DNA of 32,000 nucleotides from Mycobacterium tuberculosis H37Rv (GTDB lineage Bacteria; Actinomycetota; Actinomycetes; Mycobacteriales; Mycobacteriaceae): NCBI RefSeq assembly GCF_000195955.2, contig NC_000962.3, positions 2,310,001 to 2,342,000 of the forward strand, read 5' to 3'. Shown piece by piece: positions 28,218 to 32,000 of this stretch (position 1 is its first letter; each line of letters starts with the position of its first letter). The notes under the pieces were generated by a model. It saw only the letters and a program-made list of their open reading frames with translations, ran no database searches and was not told where the DNA came from. The position numbers and the translations under genes were made by a program.

Positions 28218-28719
28218 ATGGACACCAACCCACCCCCCAGCGCCGCCGCGTTCACGCAATTGGCCGTTGGCGGCGGTGGCCAGCGTCGCGATTGCCGCGG
28301 TTGTGCTGGGTGCCGCAGCTTTAATCGTGGCACTGACGCGCCCGACGAACAGCGGTCCAGCCACCGCCGCTGGAACGACCGCCGAGCCGACATACACCGC
28401 AGCAGAAACCGCCGCCGCGCACCAAAAGTTATGCGAGGTGTACAAACTGGCAGCGCGGGCGGTCCAAATCGCGACAAACGGCGACAACCCGGCGTTCGCA
28501 AACATTGCCACAGTCAATGGTGCGGTGATGCTTCAGCAGACACTGAATACGACCCCGGCGCTCGTGCCCGGCGAGCGCACCGATGCACTTGCACTAGCAG
28601 AAGCATATGGCCAAGCTACAGCCTTTGCGATGGAGCAAGACCATCCAGCGTGGCAGTCAGCAGCCAATGATGTCAATGCCAAGGATGCGCGCATGAAGGC
28701 CATCTGCGGTGGCGGGTGA
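28218..28719 (+). pseudogene. Membrane-anchored ESX-locus protein gene, apparently frameshifted near its 5' end (alternatively a shorter CDS from TTG 28267)
   Basis: MDTNPPPSAAAFTQ in frame 0, then (W)PLAAVASVAIAAVVLGAAALIVALTRPTNSGPATAAGTTAEPTYTAAETAAAHQKLCEVYKLAARAVQIATNGDN... in frame 1. 11-bp overlap with the downstream gene start. Lies opposite the minus-strand ORF annotated elsewhere as Rv2081c. Confidence 0.65.
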
Positions 28720-30874
28720 TCTGCCACCCGGTCGGTGGTCGGCGCTCTTGGTGGGTGCGTGGTGGCCGGCGCGGCCCGATGCGCCGATGGCCGGGGTGAC
28801 GTATTGGCGTAAGGCGGCCCAGCTCAAGCGCAACGAGGCCAACGACCTGCGCAACGAGCGATCCCTGTTAGCGGTAAACCAAGGGCGCACCGCCGACGAT
28901 TTGTTGGAGCGATATTGGCGCGGCGAACAGCGACTAGCCACCATCGCGCATCAGTGCGAGGTCAAAAGCGACCAAAGCGAGCAAGTCGCGGATGCGGTGA
29001 ACTATTTGCGGGATCGGCTGACCGAGATCGCACAATCCGGCAATCAGCAAATCAACCAAATCCTGGCCGGCAAAGGGCCGATAGAGGCCAAAGTTGCCGC
29101 GGTGAACGCCGTCATCGAGCAGTCGAATGCCATGGCCGACCATGTGGGAGCAACCGCGATGTCCAACATTATCGACGCGACGCAACGAGTGTTCGACGAG
29201 ACCATCGGTGGTGACGCCCACACCTGGTTGCGTGACCACGGTGTAAGCCTCGACACTCCCGCGCGGCCACGCCCAGTGACCGCTGAAGACATGACTTCTA
29301 TGACGGCGAACTCGCCTGCAGGATCCCCATTCGGTGCTGCTCCGTCTGCGCCCAGTCATTCGACGACAACCAGCGGCCCGCCGACAGCTCCAACACCAAC
29401 ATCACCATTCGGCACTGCTCCCATGGTGCTAAGTTCATCTTCAACAAGTAGCGGCCCGCCGACAGCTCCAACACCAACATCACCATTCGGCACTGCTCCC
29501 ATGCCGCCCGGCCCACCCCCACCGGGTACCGTCTCACCACCCCTACCCCCCAGCGCCCCCGCCGTTGGTGTTGGTGGCCCGTCAGTACCGGCCGCTGGCA
29601 TGCCACCAGCAGCGGCGGCGGCAACAGCGCCGTTATCCCCACAGTCGTTGGGCCAGTCGTTCACCACCGGGATGACGACGGGCACGCCGGCCGCGGCCGG
29701 TGCACAGGCGCTGTCGGCAGGGGCGCTGCACGCGGCAACCGAACCCCTGCCGCCACCGGCGCCACCCCCGACGACACCCACGGTCACCACACCGACAGTC
29801 GCGACCGCCACCACGGCCGGGATTCCCCACATCCCCGACAGCGCGCCGACCCCCAGCCCGGCACCGATCGCGCCACCAACCACCGACAACGCCAGCGCCA
29901 TGACACCCATCGCGCCCATGGTCGCTAATGGCCCGCCAGCATCCCCGGCCCCCCCGGCCGCCGCCCCCGCGGGGCCACTGCCCGCCTACGGCGCCGACCT
30001 GCGCCCACCGGTAACCACACCCCCTGCCACGCCACCCACCCCAACCGGACCCATCTCCGGTGCCGCGGTCACACCCTCCTCACCCGCAGCAGGCGGCTCA
30101 CTAATGTCACCCGTCGTCAACAAATCCACCGCACCAGCCACCACCCAGGCCCAACCCAGCAACCCAACACCACCGCTAGCCAGCGCCACCGCGGCCGCCA
30201 CCACCGGCGCCGCAGCCGGAGACACCTCCCGCCGAGCCGCCGAACAACAACGCCTACGCCGCATCCTCGACACCGTCGCCCGCCAAGAACCCGGATTATC
30301 GTGGGCTGCCGGGCTACGCGACAACGGCCAAACCACCCTGCTGGTCACCGACCTCGCCAGCGGCTGGATCCCCCCACACATTCGCCTACCCGCCCACATC
30401 ACCCTGCTCGAACCGGCCCCCCGACGCCGCCACGCCACCGTCACCGACCTACTGGGCACCACCACCGTAGCCGCGGCACACCACCCCCACGGCTACCTCA
30501 GCCAACCCGACCCCGACACACCCGCACTCACCGGCGACCGCACAGCACGCATCGCACCCACAATCGACGAACTCGGACCCACCCTGGTCGAAACGGTACG
30601 CCGCCACGACACACTGCCCCCCATCGCCCAAGCCGTAGTAGTGGCCGCCACCCGCAACTACGGCGTCCCCGACAACGAAACCGACCTCCTACACCACAAA
30701 ACCACCGAGATCCACCAAGCCGTACTGACCACCTACCCCAACCACGACATCGCCACGGTGGTCGATTGGATGCTGTTGGCGGCGATCAACGCACTGATCG
30801 CAGGCGACCAGTCGGGGGCGAACTATCACCTTGCCTGGGCGATCGCCGCGATATCAACGAGGAGATCCAGATGA
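28709..30874 (+). CDS. Large ESX-associated protein with helical N-terminus, Pro/Thr/Ala-rich linker and conserved C-terminal domain (Rv2082-like)
   Basis: 721 aa, GTG start; GVTYWRKAAQLKRNEANDLRNERSLLAVNQGRTADDLLERYWRGEQRLATIAHQCEVKSDQSEQVADAVNYLRDRLTEIA...; C-terminus GLSWAAGLRDNGQTTLLVTDLASGWIPPHIRLPAHITLLEP. Confidence 0.85.
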   Translation: MAGDLPPGRWSALLVGAWWPARPDAPMAGVTYWRKAAQLKRNEANDLRNERSLLAVNQGRTADDLLERYWRGEQRLATIAHQCEVKSDQSEQVADAVNYLRDRLTEIAQSGNQQINQILAGKGPIEAKVAAVNAVIEQSNAMADHVGATAMSNIIDATQRVFDETIGGDAHTWLRDHGVSLDTPARPRPVTAEDMTSMTANSPAGSPFGAAPSAPSHSTTTSGPPTAPTPTSPFGTAPMVLSSSSTSSGPPTAPTPTSPFGTAPMPPGPPPPGTVSPPLPPSAPAVGVGGPSVPAAGMPPAAAAATAPLSPQSLGQSFTTGMTTGTPAAAGAQALSAGALHAATEPLPPPAPPPTTPTVTTPTVATATTAGIPHIPDSAPTPSPAPIAPPTTDNASAMTPIAPMVANGPPASPAPPAAAPAGPLPAYGADLRPPVTTPPATPPTPTGPISGAAVTPSSPAAGGSLMSPVVNKSTAPATTQAQPSNPTPPLASATAAATTGAAAGDTSRRAAEQQRLRRILDTVARQEPGLSWAAGLRDNGQTTLLVTDLASGWIPPHIRLPAHITLLEPAPRRRHATVTDLLGTTTVAAAHHPHGYLSQPDPDTPALTGDRTARIAPTIDELGPTLVETVRRHDTLPPIAQAVVVAATRNYGVPDNETDLLHHKTTEIHQAVLTTYPNHDIATVVDWMLLAAINALIAGDQSGANYHLAWAIAAISTRRSR
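29372..29503 (+). repeat. In-frame 78-bp-period tandem repeat within the Rv2082-like gene
   Basis: The 54-bp segment agcggcccgccgacagctccaacaccaacatcaccattcggcactgctcccatg occurs exactly at 29372-29425 and 29450-29503; a degenerate partial copy precedes it (SPFGAAPSAPSHSTTT from ~29326). Confidence 0.9.
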
Positions 30875-31815
30875 CGTCAATCGAATCGCATCCCGAACAA
30901 TATTGGGCGGCGGCCGGCAGGCCAGGGCCGGTGCCGCTGGCGCTGGGACCCGTTCATCCCGGTGGACCGACGCTGATCGACCTGCTGATGGCGCTGTTTG
31001 GCTTGTCCACGAACGCCGATCTGGGAGGCGCGAACGCCGACATCGAGGGAGATGACACCGATCGGCGGGCACATGCGGCCGATGCCGCGCGCAAGTTCTC
31101 GGCGAACGAGGCCAATGCGGCGGAGCAGATGCAGGGGGTGGGCGCGCAGGGAATGGCGCAGATGGCGTCAGGCATCGGCGGAGCGCTCAGCGGCGCGCTC
31201 GGCGGCGTCATGGGGCCGCTGACCCAGCTCCCGCAACAGGCGATGCAAGCCGGGCAGGGCGCCATGCAGCCGCTGATGAGTGCAATGCAACAGGCCCAAG
31301 GCGCTGACGGACTGGCGGCCGTGGACGGGGCGCGGCTGCTGGACAGCATCGGGGGCGAGCCCGGTCTTGGCAGCGGTGCAGGTGGCGGTGACGTCGGGGG
31401 CGGGGGCGCTGGCGGCACTACCCCCACCGGCTATCTGGGTCCACCACCCGTACCGACGTCGTCACCGCCGACGACTCCCGCGGGGGCACCGACCAAGTCG
31501 GCGACGATGCCCCCGCCCGGCGGCGCTTCACCTGCCTCAGCGCACATGGGTGCGGCCGGGATGCCGATGGTGCCGCCGGGCGCGATGGGCGCCCGGGGCG
31601 AAGGGAGCGGCCAAGAAAAGCCGGTCGAAAAGCGCCTGACCGCGCCTGCGGTCCCCAATGGCCAGCCGGTCAAGGGCCGCCTGACGGTGCCCCCGAGCGC
31701 ACCGACCACGAAACCCACCGACGGCAAGCCCGTAGTTCGCAGGCGCATCCTGCTGCCCGAGCACAAGGACTTCGGACGCATAGCTCCCGACGAGAAGACC
31801 GATGCCGGTGAGTGA
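30871..31815 (+). CDS. ESX-associated Gly/Met/Ala-rich protein (Rv2083-like)
   Basis: 314 aa [112 protein letters not shown]; ATGA 4-bp overlap with the previous gene. Confidence 0.85.
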
Positions 31816-32000
31816 CGATTCGTCGTCGGCGTTCGATCTGATTTGCGCCGAGATCGAACGCCAGTTGCGCGGCGGCGAGCTGCTCATGGATGCCGCAGCA
31901 GCATCCGAATTACTACTCACCGTGCGGTATCAGCTCGATACCCAGCCGCGGCCACTTGTCATCGTGCATGGACCGCTGTTTCAGGCCGTCAAAGCGGCCC
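31808..32000 (+). CDS. Hypothetical protein (Rv2084-like), partial at right edge
   Basis: GTG 31808: [64 protein letters not shown]; open to the window end; overlaps the upstream gene by 8 bp (GTGAGTGA). Confidence 0.75.

Noticed and set aside
23000-28300. Insertion sequence or prophage remnant explaining the accessory cluster
   Set aside because: No transposase, integrase, terminal inverted repeats or tRNA attachment site could be identified by reading the sequence.
28065-28517. Minus-strand 150 aa ORF corresponding to the classically annotated Rv2081c transmembrane protein
   Set aside because: It overlaps both the relic duplicate and a better-supported plus-strand frame that is coupled to the next gene. 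Its sequence resembles a shadow ORF, with Gly/Val-rich stretches mirroring plus-strand Pro/Thr/Ala codons. Not reported as a CDS.
29326-29503. Possible CRISPR-like repeat
   Set aside because: Only two full copies with a 78-bp period, in-frame within a coding region; it is an intragenic tandem duplication.

Overview
This 32 kb window is GC-rich mycobacterial chromosome. Gene order and protein sequences match, from memory, the Mycobacterium tuberculosis complex region from ppm1 (Rv2051c) to the start of Rv2084; no database search was run. From left to right it contains: the 5' end of ppm1; an amidohydrolase; fxsA; a dienelactone hydrolase; a zinc-independent ribosomal protein operon (rpsR2-rpsN2-rpmG1-rpmB2) with Zur-like operators; a decayed zinc ABC transporter (Rv2059/Rv2060-like); cobN; mazEF7; cobG-cobH-cobIJ; a SAM methyltransferase; blaC; sigC; cobK-cobM-cobL; an SDR; an F420-type flavin/deazaflavin oxidoreductase; an exported PLC-like protein; and a type VII/ESX-associated accessory cluster (Rv2077c to Rv2084-like). 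The most interesting points are: (1) a fused and frameshifted znuA/znuB relic with extra Zur-like boxes; (2) a frameshifted but operon-coupled plus-strand membrane-protein gene opposite the annotated antisense ORF (Rv2081c); (3) a roughly 158 bp near-identical relic copy of the Rv2082 3' end upstream of it; (4) an ESX-type effector-like cassette with an EspC-like protein, an alpha/beta hydrolase and a lipoprotein; (5) a long near-perfect palindrome downstream of cobN; and (6) a nested dyad between blaC and sigC. I found no CRISPR array, complete IS element, tRNA or rRNA.
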